Below, one piece after another: positions 11,112-24,458 of a stretch of 64,000 nt of DNA; the stretch's first letter is position 1, and each line of letters opens with the position of its first letter. A program made the translations under genes and the position numbers. Origin of the DNA: Eledone cirrhosa (Eukaryota); contig OZ024740.1 of assembly GCA_964016885.1 (NCBI GenBank), positions 219,294,001 to 219,358,000 on the forward strand, in the 5' to 3' direction. A model generated the notes under the pieces. The model was not told where the DNA came from. It saw only the letters and a program-made list of their open reading frames with translations, and did not search any database.

Positions 11112-11963
11112 GAAAGTATAGTAACCAGGGTAAGAACGGGATAGAAGAAGTTCAGGGAGCTACTCCCACTGCTAGCTGCAAAAGGCTTTTCCCTCAAAAT
11201 GAAAGGCAGACTGTATGATGCGTGCATACGAACACCAATGTTACATGGTAGTGAGACCTGGGTGCTGTGCATAGAAGACTTGTGTAGATTAGAAAGCAAC
11301 GAAGCTTGCATGCTACAATGGATGTGTAATAGTAATATACGCGAACGGCAAAGTATAAATGAACTGAGAGAGAGACTAAACATAAGAGGAATCAAATGCT
11401 GTGTGCAGGAGAGGAGGATGTGTAGATACGGACATGTGATGCGAATGAAGGATGACAGCTGCATAAAAAGGTGCAGAGCACTAAAAGTTGATGGAAGCCG
11501 TGGAGTGGGGAGACCCAAGAAGACCTGGGATGAGGTGATTAGGTGATAAAAGTGGTCCTTGCCCAATTGCACCTCTCAATGGCGATGACACAGGACCGTG
11601 ACCTCTGGCGTCACTCAGTAATACAGAAGACCCAAGTTCCCATGGGAACAAGCCAAAGCCGAAGCATATAGGGAACATGCCCCCATCCCCTCCCACTGCA
11701 AAGTGGTCGTGGAGGCGTCACGACAAAAAAGCACCCAGACCACACTGTAAAGTTGTCTTGTAGGCGCCACGGAAAAAGCACCCAGCACTCACTGTAAATG
11801 AGGTTGGTGTTAGGGAGGGCATCCAGCTGTAGAAATCAAGCCAAAATCAGTTCCCGTATAAGCAAGACATGGTCAGCCGACCTAACATTGCCCAGAACAG
11901 GACAACCCGTCTAACCCATGCTAGCATGGAAGAATCGACGTAAACGATGGCGATGATGATGAT
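11112..11963 (+). mobile_element. 5'-truncated RTE LINE, lineage A (a 3'UTR-only copy lies at 43245-43530 on the minus strand)
   Basis: KGRLYDACIRTPMLHGSETW...YGHVMRM...GRPKKTW C-terminal RTE motifs; 3'UTR and (GAT)n tail. Confidence 0.9.
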
Positions 11964-12527
11964 ATGTGCACATATATACATGCAAACTCACGCGCACACA
12001 CATATATATATATATATAAATATACATATGTATGTGTATACACTTATTAATGCAGTGGGTTTATAAAAGTTCCCATTTATCAAATCACTCACAGTAAAAG
12101 GAATCAAATACTTGAGTGATATTCTTGCTTGCTGAAAATACAAGTAAATATATATATGTATATATAGCTTGAAATGTTTTTCATTCAGTAGAGGTAGGCC
12201 CATCAGGGACTTGCATTGAGATAGAAGTGACCAAAATATATTGATCTTGAGAATAAAAGAAATAAGCAATAAGTAAAGAATTATAGTTTCTTAGATTCAT
12301 CATGAAGAACAATGGCCATTAACTTGTTCACTAACATGCTACAGTTAACTTCCAGAGTTAATGTATTACTATAGTTAACTCTTAACATTATATACCACAT
12401 GAAACCATATTAACATGAGATTCTTGAAAGTAGAAATCACCATGATTGCATCACATTAAAAATTGAAGTTTTTACTGTGATGCTGTAGGTTTTCTCAATG
12501 ATCTGTTCACTAATAGAGATAATATAT

Positions 12528-12863
12528 CATCATCATTTCATTTTACGTCCGCTTTTCCCTGCTTGCAAGGGTGGGACGGGAACTGATTCTGGCTTTATTT
12601 CTACAGCTGGATGCCCTTCCTAACAACAACCTCATTTACAGTGAGTGCTGGGTGCTTTTTTTGCCGTGGCACCTCCACGACCACTTTGCAGTGGAGTGAT
12701 AGGGACCCCAGTCCTATCATCTCATTTCTACAGCTGAGTAAACTGGAGCAATGTGAAATAAAGTGTCTTGCTCAAGGAAACAACACATCACCCGGTCTGA
12801 GAATTGAACTCACAACCTTTCAATTGCAAGGCCAATGCTCTAACCACTAAGCCATGTGCCTCC
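12528..12863 (-). mobile_element. Full-length CORE-SINE with RTE-derived tail
   Basis: Head ggaggcacatggcttagtggttagagc; near-identical to 7462-7798 and 16827-17145. Confidence 0.85.
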
Positions 12864-13068
12864 AATATATATATACACACAGAGATATCCACGGTAAGTT
12901 GTGGGGTCTATTCTGCATGAAGAACTCAATGTAATCCATATGTTGAAAATGTTGTAGGTTAAGATAAATCCCGGAAAACAATAAAACATTAAAAGGAAAA
13001 CAGAGTCATGATATAAGTTAAAACAATTCATTGTTTTAACTTATATATATATATATATTTCAATTTAA

Positions 13069-13266
13069 CCCTTTTGCATTTAAACTGGCCATATCCGGCC
13101 AGAATTCTCCCAACTCTTTCTGTTCAAACCGGCCATAAGTGGATGCTCATACTGACATTAAAGTATTCTCAAATTAAATATCAAAATCTCAGATTCGATA
13201 TTATGTGAGATAAGCCTTTACTGTGAAAATACAATAGCATACGTAGAGAATGTAAATGTTAAAGGG
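13069..13266. mobile_element. piggyBac-type MITE (family I)
   Basis: TTAA|CCCTTT...AAAGGG|TTAA; internal sequence shared with four other copies. Confidence 0.85.
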
Positions 13267-13436
13267 TTAATAAACCTTTTTTGTTTTCTAGATATATTCT
13301 GCTAAATCGTTACAGGATGTTAAGAATTAATCTATATTATATTGGTTGAGTCTTTATGTTCATCAGTCAAACACAAATGCTATGATCTAAATGTTGTTAT
13401 TTAGAACCCCCCCCCCCCCCACATGTATATATATAT

Positions 13437-13772
13437 AAGAAGAATTAGATGTAGTGTGCGCAGTAGGGAAGACTGCTGGTATGATCATGTGATGCATAGG
13501 AATGTTGATCTTTTGCTGAAGAAGTGCCAATAAATGCCAGCAGAAGGAAGTTACAGTAGAGTGTGTGTGTGTGGTTGGGGGGTGTGGGGGACAAGAAAGA
13601 CCTTGGCAGAAGTTGTGAGAGCTGATCTCAAATCACTGAATATCACATTGAGTTGACAAAGGACTGTGATGAGTGAAAGGATGCAGTGCTGAAAAAGTTC
13701 TGTCCAAACCCATGCAAGACAGGAACAATGGACGTAAAACAGCTATGATGACAATGATGATGATGATGACGA
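13437..13772 (+). mobile_element. Degenerate RTE lineage C 3' fragment
   Basis: Aligns to 53640-53950; (GAT)n tail. Confidence 0.65.
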
Positions 13773-14260
13773 TATAAATCATAGTTTATTCATCTATTCA
13801 CTTACTCATGTACTAAATAGTTTGAGGGCCTGACACATAGTCCTCTAATTATCATGGTTGACTGCCAATAAAACCACCAACCTCTAATATTAAACATTCA
13901 GACATAATGCAATCTGCTTTAATTAAATATTGCCAATATCTTGAATACTGCCGATATTTCTTTTTGCCATCAACAACAACAACAACAACAACAACAACAA
14001 AGACCACCACCACCACCACCACCACTACTACTACTACTACAGTTAATGGTATCTGAAAATCTAGGTTTCTAGTTTCAACATCAATAGCTTCTTCTTTTAC
14101 TATTCTACAAATTTAATTTGTTATTTGTTATAGACATTATTGTTGTTGCTGATTCGCCCAAGGTCTGTCTTGACCAAAATGTTATAGATATTGAAGCTGC
14201 AATTATCCCTTCCTTTCATATATCAAGGACTATAATGCTATTGCATTTCTCTTTCATTAA

Positions 14261-14480
14261 CCCTTTAGCATTTAAGCTGGCCATATCAAACCAGAATTCT
14301 CTCTCCTCTTTCTGTTCAAACTGACTGTAACCGACTGCTCATACTGATGTTAAGGTATTGTTCTCAAATTAAATAATATCAAAATCTCATAGTGTCGATA
14401 TTATGTAGATAATTATGTGAAGTAAAGCCTTTACCATGAAAGTATAATAGTAAATATAGAGTAATATAAATACTAAAGGG
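14261..14480. mobile_element. piggyBac-type MITE (family I)
   Basis: TTAA|CCCTTTAG...CTAAAGGG|TTAA. Confidence 0.85.
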
Positions 14481-15060
14481 TTAAACATCAATACAGCATC
14501 CCAATAAATTGTTGATTTTAAATAAAAATATCTTGTGTAGTATTTGTTCCACTATGGTTACATAAACAGTCCCCTGCCACTATCACTGTTAGAAACCCAG
14601 TGAACCAGTCAACCAGTCATTGGCTTCATTGAAAACCTGTCATCATGCTATTGTTCACCAAATGTGATTATTTCTTTTAACATTTGATAAATTTGGAAAG
14701 GAAATGGGCACTGCCAAGCCTTTTTAAGACCCATTGAAATGTTATGATGGACACACTGTAAAATATCTAAAGTGGCACCCCAATGACTGGCTGCACCACT
14801 TATGAAAACATTATTGATTGAGATTGGCAGTATCGGTAGAGGATCGGATGCCATGCTTTGAAGCATAGAGTTACCTCCCTGTATGATCTGATTTCAAATC
14901 CCGCTGAGGTTAACTTTGCCTTTCATCCTTCCGGGGTCGATAGAATAAAGTACCAATAATGCACTGGGGTAATTGCTGGCCTTGTACCATAAGTAGAAAC
15001 AATTATTGATTGAATGTCTAGCGGGGAAGATGGGCGTTAAACGATGATGATGATGATGAT

Positions 15061-15370
15061 TGAATTCTGGAGAATGGGCCACTACCCATGGCCTTCACAG
15101 GCTCTCTAAGACTGGAGGGATCGATGCCCTATTTAAACAGTTACATGCCAGACCTTTCGAAAAAAATATGAGTACGGAGGAATTCCAGAGGACTGGTGTT
15201 CTAGGTGTAGGTCTAGGTGTAGGAGTTAGTGCAGAGACTGGAGAGTTGGACACAAAATGGGTGATAAAAAGAGGAGAGACAAATGAGTCATTTGTGTCTT
15301 TGTGGAGGTGAAACGGGGGCAGTCAACTTTGAGGAGCAGTGATGATTGTAGTAATGGTAGAAGAGACAAA
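15061..15370 (-). mobile_element. CR1-group (Zenon-like) LINE 3' fragment
   Basis: Disrupted frame CLFYHYYNHHCSSKL...HPFCVQL...PRTPVLWNS resembles the SLFYRYY..CS / PRTxxLWNSLP ORF2 C-terminus. Confidence 0.6.
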
Positions 15371-15699
15371 ATATATAAAATGTAGATCCCTCTCCTCATC
15401 GTCGCCACTGCCGCCGTCGTCGTCGTCGTCGTAGTAGTAGTAGTAGTAGTATGCACATTTTTTCCCTGCTTGTATGGGTTGGACAATAAATAAATAGATA
15501 GAACATTAAAATGGGATTAGGATATTTGGCTGCTATTTCTAGCATATTAAACAACCATGTAGTAGCTTCTTTGTTGGTTCATTTTAGTTTATAGAGATAT
15601 TAAGGTTGTTGCTTCTGTGTTTCTCAGGAATTGTGAATATTAATGTCATATCTCAATAGTAATTACTTTACCATCTTTGTATGGAATATAACATTTTTT

Positions 15700-15975
15700 A
15701 TATAATAAGAAGGTTTTAAGGTTGTTGGACTTATGATCATGATATCATGGGTTTGATTTCTAGACTGGGTTGTTTGTTGTGTTCTTGAACTAAACATTTC
15801 ATTTCACATTGTTTCAGTATACTCAGCTGAAAATGAGCAGCTGGATATTTAATCCTGTGATGGACTGGCATCCTATCCAGGATGAAGTCTTGTACTCTCA
15901 GTCACTTAACAGCAAGAAAACCAGGATAAACACTGGCCTAATTAGTCTCTGGGCTTGAGACAGACTTTACATTTT
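15700..15975 (+). mobile_element. Old CORE-SINE variant
   Basis: ttcttgaactaaacatttcatttcacattgtttcagtatactcagctgaaaatgag, diverged CORE motif. Confidence 0.55.
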
Positions 15976-16826
15976 TTATATAATAAGCAGTGATCTGAGG
16001 TAATGACAGAGTCTCTATATTGTTGCTTGACCTGCTAGAAATAGCAACACAGTTCCCTCAAATTATCCACCACTATCAACTTGAAAAAGGGAAAGGACAT
16101 ATTGAATAGTGTAGTCCTAGATACAATATCTGAAATAAAGTATGGGATGATTATGACTGGAATGATTTAAGTCATTAGTCTGTTTGATGAGGGAGCTGAT
16201 TGGGGTTAAACAATGGCAATACCAACAACAGTAACCATGATTAAACGTTAGTTTGTTCCCTAAGTTAACTATTAATATCCTGGAATGATTTAGCAGAAAA
16301 TATCTACAGAACGCTTTTGTTAATTCAAATGTTTAATGTATCTTCACTAGCAGAAACCTTTTTGTGGAAATTCACACATTTAGAGTAAGGACTTCAATTT
16401 TTAATGTGATGCAGTGTTAGAGCTGTTTTTTTTTGTTTTATTTTGCTTTTCATTAATGTGTTACTAAAGTTTCATGTTGTACACAGTGTTAGGAGTTAAA
16501 CACATTATTGCCAGAGTGTAGCTGAACAGCAAACATGTCCTTTGATCTTCCTTTTATCCTTTTATTGGTTTTAGTCATTTGACACTAACTTGAAGGGATT
16601 TAGTTGATCATATCAACTCCAGTGATTAGTTTTTCAAATCTAGTCCTTATTTTATTAATCTCTTTTTGTGGAACTACTATGTTATAGGATATAAACAGTA
16701 AATATAAACACAGACATACACACATACATATATGCATACACTCACAGACACACATGCATACACACATATATATATATATATAATGGACTGTTGCACAGTA
16801 TCCATCTTCCAAATTTAATTGACAAA

Positions 16827-17145
16827 GCATTGGCCTTACAGTCGAAAGGTTGTGAGTTCAATTCTCAGACCGGGCGATGTGTTGTTTCCTTGAGCAAGGT
16901 ACTTTATTTCACATTGCTCCAGTTTACTCAGCTGTAGAAATGAGATGATAGGGACTGGGTCCCTGTCCCTATCATTCCACTGCAAAGTGGTCGTGGAGGT
17001 GCCATGGCAAAAAAGCACTCAGCACTCACTGTAAATGAGGTTGGTGTTAGGAAGGGCATCCAGCTGTAGAAATCAAGCCAGAATCAGTTTCCGTCCCACC
17101 CTTGCAAGCAGGGAAAAGTGGACGTAAAATGAAATGAAATGAATG
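16827..17145 (+). mobile_element. CORE-SINE with RTE-derived tail
   Basis: Same structure as 12528-12863. Confidence 0.85.
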
Positions 17146-19831
17146 AAGGCACTGGTCAAACTGAGGCTATGGTAGAAGACACTTGCTCAAGGTTCCACAC
17201 AGTGGGACTGAAACCAACAATATTTGGATGTAGAGTGAACTCTTTAACCACACAGCCATGCATCTCTATGCATTTCTATGACCAACAAGAGTGATGATGC
17301 CTTAAAAAGTGGAAAATCCCATTTAACCCTGCTACTGCAACATATTTTTTCATACACAGAGCCTTGTTAACTAAGAATTATAAGGAACGTTTTCCTAGGG
17401 ACCACTACATGGAGATGATGTTGGCTCAGTCTCCAAAACTTGATTTATCTGCTAGAAACTTCACTCAAAGTGTCTTCTTCCCCATTATTGGTGGGGTGGT
17501 GTGTTTAAGGAATGTCACTAATGGAGGCGAGAACCAATAATGTAGGTTACAGAATGTCTGATAAAAAACTAGATGGGCATGGTTGGAATGTTTTTGATCA
17601 TAAATCTGCTCTATCAGAGCTGACCTTATTTGTCTAAACAAAAACTAGCCACAACAATACATATTCTTTATGACTTGCTATGAAAATATCTTTGTAAAAT
17701 CTAGTGTTCAGAGATACACAGGTGGAATGTTAGCAATTGCATCAATTTTCCTAATGGCCTCATCATGAACATCAAATGCTGTTCTGAAATCCACTTAAGT
17801 GATTATCTGGAGCTTAGACTTGTACTGATGCTGCTCAATTCTTCTGATGATGATGGTAAACATATAATCAATACAAAAATGGTCTTTCTAAATCCAGTGG
17901 ATACAGAAATCTCTAAATACATGTTAGTAGTAAGGATGATATCATAAAATCTTTCTCTGGCTGCTAAAAGTAATGTTATATTCTTCCTTTTATTGCAGTC
18001 TTTCATGTTCTTCTTGACAAACAATAAATTCTATACAGGTAGTATAATACATGTTTCAGGTATTTTGTAAAACATTTGGTATTTTGCTGAAATGGAATAC
18101 ACATACACACACACATACCCACACACATACATACATATATATATTTGTGTTTCTCTTCCATGAAAAAAATACATGAAAAGCTAGCATACAACTTATCTAG
18201 TGGACATAAAAATCTCAGTTAAAAATATATGGTACTTTGTAAATGTTGTTTGTAAATAGAGGTGTAACTTATCTACTAGTGTGGCATATGTATGATCCCT
18301 TAGCTCCTGAGGGACACATAGGGGAACTGTATTGACATACACCATTTCTAGGACATTTTTTTAAAACCGGGTGGCACCCATCTCCTCTCCAGTTCTGAAT
18401 ATAGCAGATTTCTTCCAGAGAAGGATAAAAAGTGGGAGAATGGAAGTGAGAAAAAGATATAGAGGAAGAATCGACCCCAGTACTAGACTGGTACTCTTTT
18501 ATCAACCTTGAATAGATGAAAGGCAAAGTTAACCTTGGTGTGACTTATACATTAGGATATATGACATGTTGATGTTTAGCCCCATATCACTTTTATTTGA
18601 GATGACCCAATATCAAAGACATACCAGCCATGATCATTCTGTTTAGTTTATTTTCCAGTAGGGTCCAATATGTCCACCCTTTGTAAAATAATAGAATATA
18701 ATATGAAGAAAAATTAGCTACCATTTCTAGTAGAGTGAGTCATATAGATGTTCTCTCATTGAATCAGATAAAAATATCATCATCAATTTATGTACACTTT
18801 CCCTACTGGCATGTGTTGGATAGGTTGTTACAGTCCAAGCCATCTCTTATTTAGAGTTATTACACTTTTTGTGAACCTTGGAAGTGGAGGACCTCATCTT
18901 GCATGTACATTCCAATTTTTGGCATGGCTGGATGGCTGGATGCTCTTCCTAATACAAAACATTTAACAGAATGTACTGGGTGCATTCCCTGAGAATTACG
19001 TTAAAGGTACATATGTTTGTGAAATGCTCAGCCACTTGCACATTAATTTCATGAGCAGGCTGTTCCATTGGAACACTTGTCGTTGTAATCGACAGTGTGC
19101 ACCAGGTCATGTCCTCAACCAGTATCTCTGTTTAATCATCAACAACTTTACAGTGTAGTAAGAGCATTCTATCATGGTGCCAGCACTACAGAGATTCCTT
19201 TGCCCCAAAATATATGTATCATTATCATCATCATCATCTTCATCATTTAACATCCATTTTCCGGCAGTATCGGCAGAGGGCCAGACACACTGCTTTGCAG
19301 CATAGAGTTACGACCCTTTATGATCTGAGTTCAAATCCCACCGAGGTTAACTTTGCCTTTCATCCTTACAAGGTCAATAATATAAAGTACAAGCCATGCA
19401 CTGGAGTCGATTTAATCGACTTTCCCCTCCCCTAAAATTGATGGCCTTTGCCTATATAAGAAACCATTATTATTATTATACAAATATAAATATATAAAGA
19501 TATGGTGCAAAACATTGTTATATACAACCCTATTGAATATTTTTTTAAAGAATCCGTTTCATTCTTAATTGTACTAATTTTGTTTTAGTGGTTTCTATGA
19601 AGTTGTTTTCTTGTAAATTCTTTACCATGTATATTAATTGCTTATCTAATTATTCTAGCAGTTCCTGTGAAAACAAAGGCAGTGTTTGTGTCTCTCTCTA
19701 TATATATTATTCTTTACATTTTTATCTCTTTAGTATTTGGAACATGTTTACAATAATTATCATGTTTTCAACAGTTTCATGCAAGCTTTTATTGCACCTC
19801 CAGGTATATTTCTTTATTCCTCAGGTGCGCA

Positions 19832-19989
19832 CGTGTGTGTGTCTGTGTCTGTGAGTGAGTGAGTGTGTGTGAGAGAGAGAGAGAGAGAGTGTGTATGTGT
19901 CTGTGTGTGAGTGAGTGTGTGTGTGAGAGAGAGAGAGAGTGTGTATGTGTCTGTGTGTGAGTATATGCGTGTGTGTGTCAGAGAGAGAA

Positions 19990-20028
<39 letters not shown>

Positions 20029-20072
20029 CAGATAGTGTGTGTATGTGTTTGCAGGTGTATGTGTTTGTGTGA
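19832..20072. repeat. (TG)n/(AG)n compound microsatellite
   Basis: Direct inspection. Confidence 0.9.
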
Positions 20073-20272
20073 GCAACATTGTCTTCTGGGAGTGTAGAAC
20101 TGTGTTTGTATATTTCATCTGTTTTGCTTTGCTTTAAAGATTTCTCTTGTTTCTAGCATTATTTTAATGTTTCATCTGTTGTTTAATATGTACTATGGCT
20201 ATGTTAGATGTGTTAGTAGTGTGTGGAGGGTGACTGTGTTTTATATGTGTTAAATGAGTTGAATTCTATATA

Positions 20273-21177
20273 GCTAGCAGACCCGTGCTGTTAATAATTA
20301 TGGCAATAGTGTTGAACATATTTAATTTTTTGAGTTCAGAATTGGTATGCCATCTATACCAGAATTACTGGATATATGAACAACCATACAAACTGGGAAA
20401 TTTGCATTTTGGGAAATGTATAATTTGCATAAAAGAAATTGCATAGCTCACATTAATTGCAGGCACAAAGAAGAGATTAAAGATAAAAATGATATTTTAA
20501 TAATTTGTTTCTAGGATAGGGTGGTAGATTGTCAGTAACATGCTTTATGGCACCCTTTTATGATTTGTGTTCAAATCCAGCGGAAGTTAGCTTTGCCTTT
20601 CATCCTTACGGGGTCGATAAAATAAAGTACCAGTAATGCACTGGGTCGATTTAAATTAGAAACCAATAATTTATTTCTAGGATATAATTATATAAATGTT
20701 TAGTATATATGGCTTAGTGCTTGGAGAGTTGGATTTGCGATCATGAGGTTGTGAGTTCAATTCCCGGACTGAGTGATGCGTTGTGTCCTTGAGCAAGACA
20801 CTTTATTTCACATTGCTCTTTTTGCCAGGAGTTGCAACTGGTAGATAGTATCAGCAATGGAAAAAACCAATGGAAACATTGTTTCCTTGGTCCTATTTGA
20901 TGAGGTCCACCCCACTCGGCAAATGAATGAGGTCTGGGATCTTGTTGATCGATCAGAGAGAGACAGAGAGAGAGAGAGAGATATGTACAAATGACATACA
21001 AGGTTAAATGCATGAGTAACTATAGAGAAATAGCTATCTACTGTAATAAATATAGAGTCAGAACCCAGGACCTTTTGATTTGACAACAAATCTCTTGTAG
21101 CAACATTACTGAGATACAAAATGAAATGCGCGTAAATGTGTGTACGTTTGTGTGTAAATTTTAAAGAGTTACAGATG

Positions 21178-21180
<3 letters not shown>
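20273..21180 (-). mobile_element. Old Helitron-like repeat interrupted by two SINEs; second copy 34430-35120 interrupted by a MITE
   Basis: Shared catacaaactgggaaatttgcatttt, atgtacaaatgacataca and gtagcaacat blocks; minus-strand end gcacgggtctgctag. Confidence 0.5.
20711..20955 (+). mobile_element. CORE-SINE variant with a different tail (second copy 31767-32020)
   Basis: Same head and first half of CORE, then tgccaggagttgcaa...tctgggatctt. Confidence 0.75.
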
Positions 21181-21208
<28 letters not shown>

Positions 21209-23650
21209 ACACATGTGGCGAGGCATATTACTATGGTTGATAGTATCAGCTGGTGATTAGGATGGTGGTGTAGGATGGTGGTGGTGGTGTGTGGGAGGTG
21301 CTATACTATTGGGTGACAATGGTATAGTATATGAGATGGCGGTGGTGTGTGAAAGGTGTTATATTATTGGGTGTCAAGAGTGGTGTGGTGGAGGTGTTAT
21401 AGAGCCAAGTGTAGATTATCTAAAGTCATATGTATCCGGTTTAAAATAGACCCCACGTGTTGTAAGCAACTAAAAGGGTTTGTGTCAGGAAGGGCATCCA
21501 GCTGTAAAACATTGCCTCAAAAAGTCCCATCCAACACGTCATCATAAAAGAATTGATGTAAAAGCAATAATGTAATACTCTCTCTCCCTCTCACACACAC
21601 ACTCGTTTGGCTATGTCCAATCAGACACAAACATTTGATTGATTATTTCTTCACAACCTCCACATATTCTGTGGTTACACTTTAGAATAAATACTTTTAG
21701 TAGTTTCTAGTGAAATGTTTGTCTCATAACTGCAATAAAAATCCAGCTATGAGTTCTTCACTTCTCATGTAGAGCTGGGGTTATTTGTAATCTACTTCTT
21801 TGTTCAATCTTTGTTCATTAAGTATTAGTGTTTCTTGACATAGTTTTAACCCTTTCTTGACTGTATCTTTAACGAAATACGCTCTATTTCAATCAATTAA
21901 TGAAGAATTTCAAGGGATCTTCTAAAATCATTTAATATTTTATTATTAAGATAGTAACTTAACATATGGTTCTCATATAAAATTGTTGGAAAATTTAAAT
22001 TTAAATAGGAACCCTTTAAAATGAGTGGTTTTTTTTTCATAGAAGCAGAGCCAGTTTGGAGCAGGTTGGTAACAAAAGTGTTGGCAGAGTTAACATGACT
22101 TTCTGTAGTTTTATTTTTACCTCAGTTTTTAGGTTTTTGAATAATTTCTGTTGTGTTCCTCTATTCTCCTGTAGACATAGGCATGGCTTAGTGTTAAAGA
22201 AGTTTGATTCATGGAGACCCTGGTTTGACTCTAATATGTGACATATTGGACAAATGTCTTTACCATAGCCTCAGGTTGAACCAAGCCTTGAGAGTCAACT
22301 TGGGTCAATAAAAGTTGTGTGGAGGTCTTTTGGCCTTGTTAATAAGTACTTAGGATAAAATTACATAAGAATAATAAAGAATTTAATATTTAGTCAAACA
22401 TAGAAAAAGAAAGTAGTATTGGAAAAGACTACAAATGCTATAAATAAGCGAAAAAGAGGGAAAGAGCAAGAATTATTAGACAATGAAAGAAAGGGGGAGA
22501 GGGTGACAGACTCTACACCAAAGTCAGAGATGTCATGCTTATTTGGCTTAGGAATTACATTAAGGGTACACATGTTAAGGAATATTCAACCAATTACATG
22601 TTGATTCATGAGCTGGACACTTAATTGACCAAAGAACTGAATGCTCACTGACAAAACTAATGGAGGATCCATCATCATTCTCCTCATAACCAACTAGCTG
22701 TTTTCTCAACCTCTATTTTATATTTACTGGCTTTTGTATTTTTTGTTGTTTTGTTTTTTGTATCTTTTGGTTGTTTTTGTTCACGTCTTGTAGCAATTAG
22801 TTTATATTAGTTTGCTATAGTCTTTATTAGTCCTACAGAGATATTTTATAATCACTTTCTACTTGCAAAAGACTCTTATTTCCTTCGTGTATTTGTGGTA
22901 AATATAATCAGCATTAGATGTTGGATGGTGTTTCCTTGTTGTCTTGCTTAGTCTCTCTAATTTATTTATAGTCCAGTTGAGAGTATTATAGCCATAACTT
23001 ATTACTGAAATAGGTAGAGTATTGACGCTTAGAGGTACCCAGCTTCGCCATGGTTAACAAATTATAAGAGAAGACCGGCAGAAGAGAAAACTTTTGTATT
23101 GAATGCATTGTCTTGTTTACAGTGTGTGTGTATTGTGTGTGTGTGTGTGTGTGTGTATGTTTGTGTTTGTTTGTATATATATATATATGTGTGTGTGCCT
23201 GTGTGAGTGTTCGTGTGTGTGTGTGTAAACCAACGTTGGAATCGGAGACATAGTCCCCGCGAATCACGATCATCACTGACAACGAACTCGCAGAGAGAAT
23301 CCCTTATGGTTGATTCCCAACCTGCTAGAAATAGCAGTCAGGTTGGTTAGCATACGTGGTATGTCTTTCTTCTTTGGTGTTATAAAATTAGTATAAATAA
23401 ACTTTCCTGGATATACTCATATCCCAATCCTGTACATACTTTCCGATTGTCACTTTTCGTTTTTTTTCGTGTGATACGCGAAGGAACCAACCAACAAATA
23501 TCTCTCTTTTATTTGTTCATTCAAAATATTTTTCATCTAATTCTGTCGTACAATATACATCAACAATTGTTATCTAATGTTTAAAACACATGAATAGCTG
23601 CGATATATGCACCATATCAAACAAAAACGATATGAGAATTGAATACCATA

Positions 23651-24458
23651 CTAAAGCGCCAGTAAGCTTGCTAAGAACCTGCAGATAGAAATGTTAATAA
23701 ATACATTTGGCTTGGGTAAACTTTAAGATGTTCTTTCATTGTAGGTTTCTTTTCTCCTTCCTCACCTCTTCCTTAGCTCACCCTAGAGCATCCGGCATAC
23801 AATTGATCATGGTTTTCCCAGATGAAGGCCAGCCACTTTTAGAGTTTGACCCTGAGCTTTGTTGATGGTAATCGCGAAGCTTATTCTCTCTGTTGCTCTA
23901 GTAACAATTTTTCTTCTGGAAATTTGATCTTGCGGCCAGGCTAGAACTTTTTGGGTGGCATCTCGGCAGTAACAATGACGATAAGCCGTCTGTGCTTTCG
24001 TGAAATAAATACGTTTGTTTATATTTTGCTTTCGTTTATGCAAAAATATATGTACACGAATATATAATTATATATTAAAATAACAGATTAAAGTTTAAGC
24101 AAAGAATCGCTGCTTTCACCCTTAATGGGATCTTCTGAAACTAAAAAAAATCAATCTGTGAATGCAGAAGTAAATATTTCGAAAAACGTTGCAACCAAAA
24201 GAAAACAGGAAGATGATACTTTGGTTCATGAAGACGTTAGGAATATTGTATAACCGGAAGTGTTGACATTTGAAAATTTCAAAGAAGTGAATATTTAAAT
24301 AATGTCTTTAATCTTTTAACAAAATTCAGTAGACGAAAATACCCTCAATTTCTTACTTGGAAAAAGTTACATCTATGGTGCAAATTTGGTGCTGTTTAGT
24401 CCAGCCGCTTGGCGGAAAGTTTGTTACTTACATACAGCCGTCAGCTTTATAGTATAGA
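23651..24458 (-). mobile_element. Deleted Helitron retaining a PIF1-type helicase fragment
   Basis: ISFAITINKAQGQTLKVAGLHL and, frameshifted, HDQLYAGCSRV at about 23775-23890 (helicase motifs V/VI); 5' TCTATACTATAAAG terminus at 24458; the 3' end is uncertain. Confidence 0.75.

Noticed and set aside
12790-12863. tRNA genes at SINE heads
   Set aside because: A/B boxes continue directly into CORE or family cores, with no complete cloverleaf
17981-18045. Candidate 40-nt exon after ttcttccttttattgcag
   Set aside because: Weak donor (gtagta), no recognisable peptide, and such signals are frequent by chance in AT-rich DNA
23807-24043. Host PIF1 helicase gene
   Set aside because: Short frameshifted fragment inside Helitron-type termini
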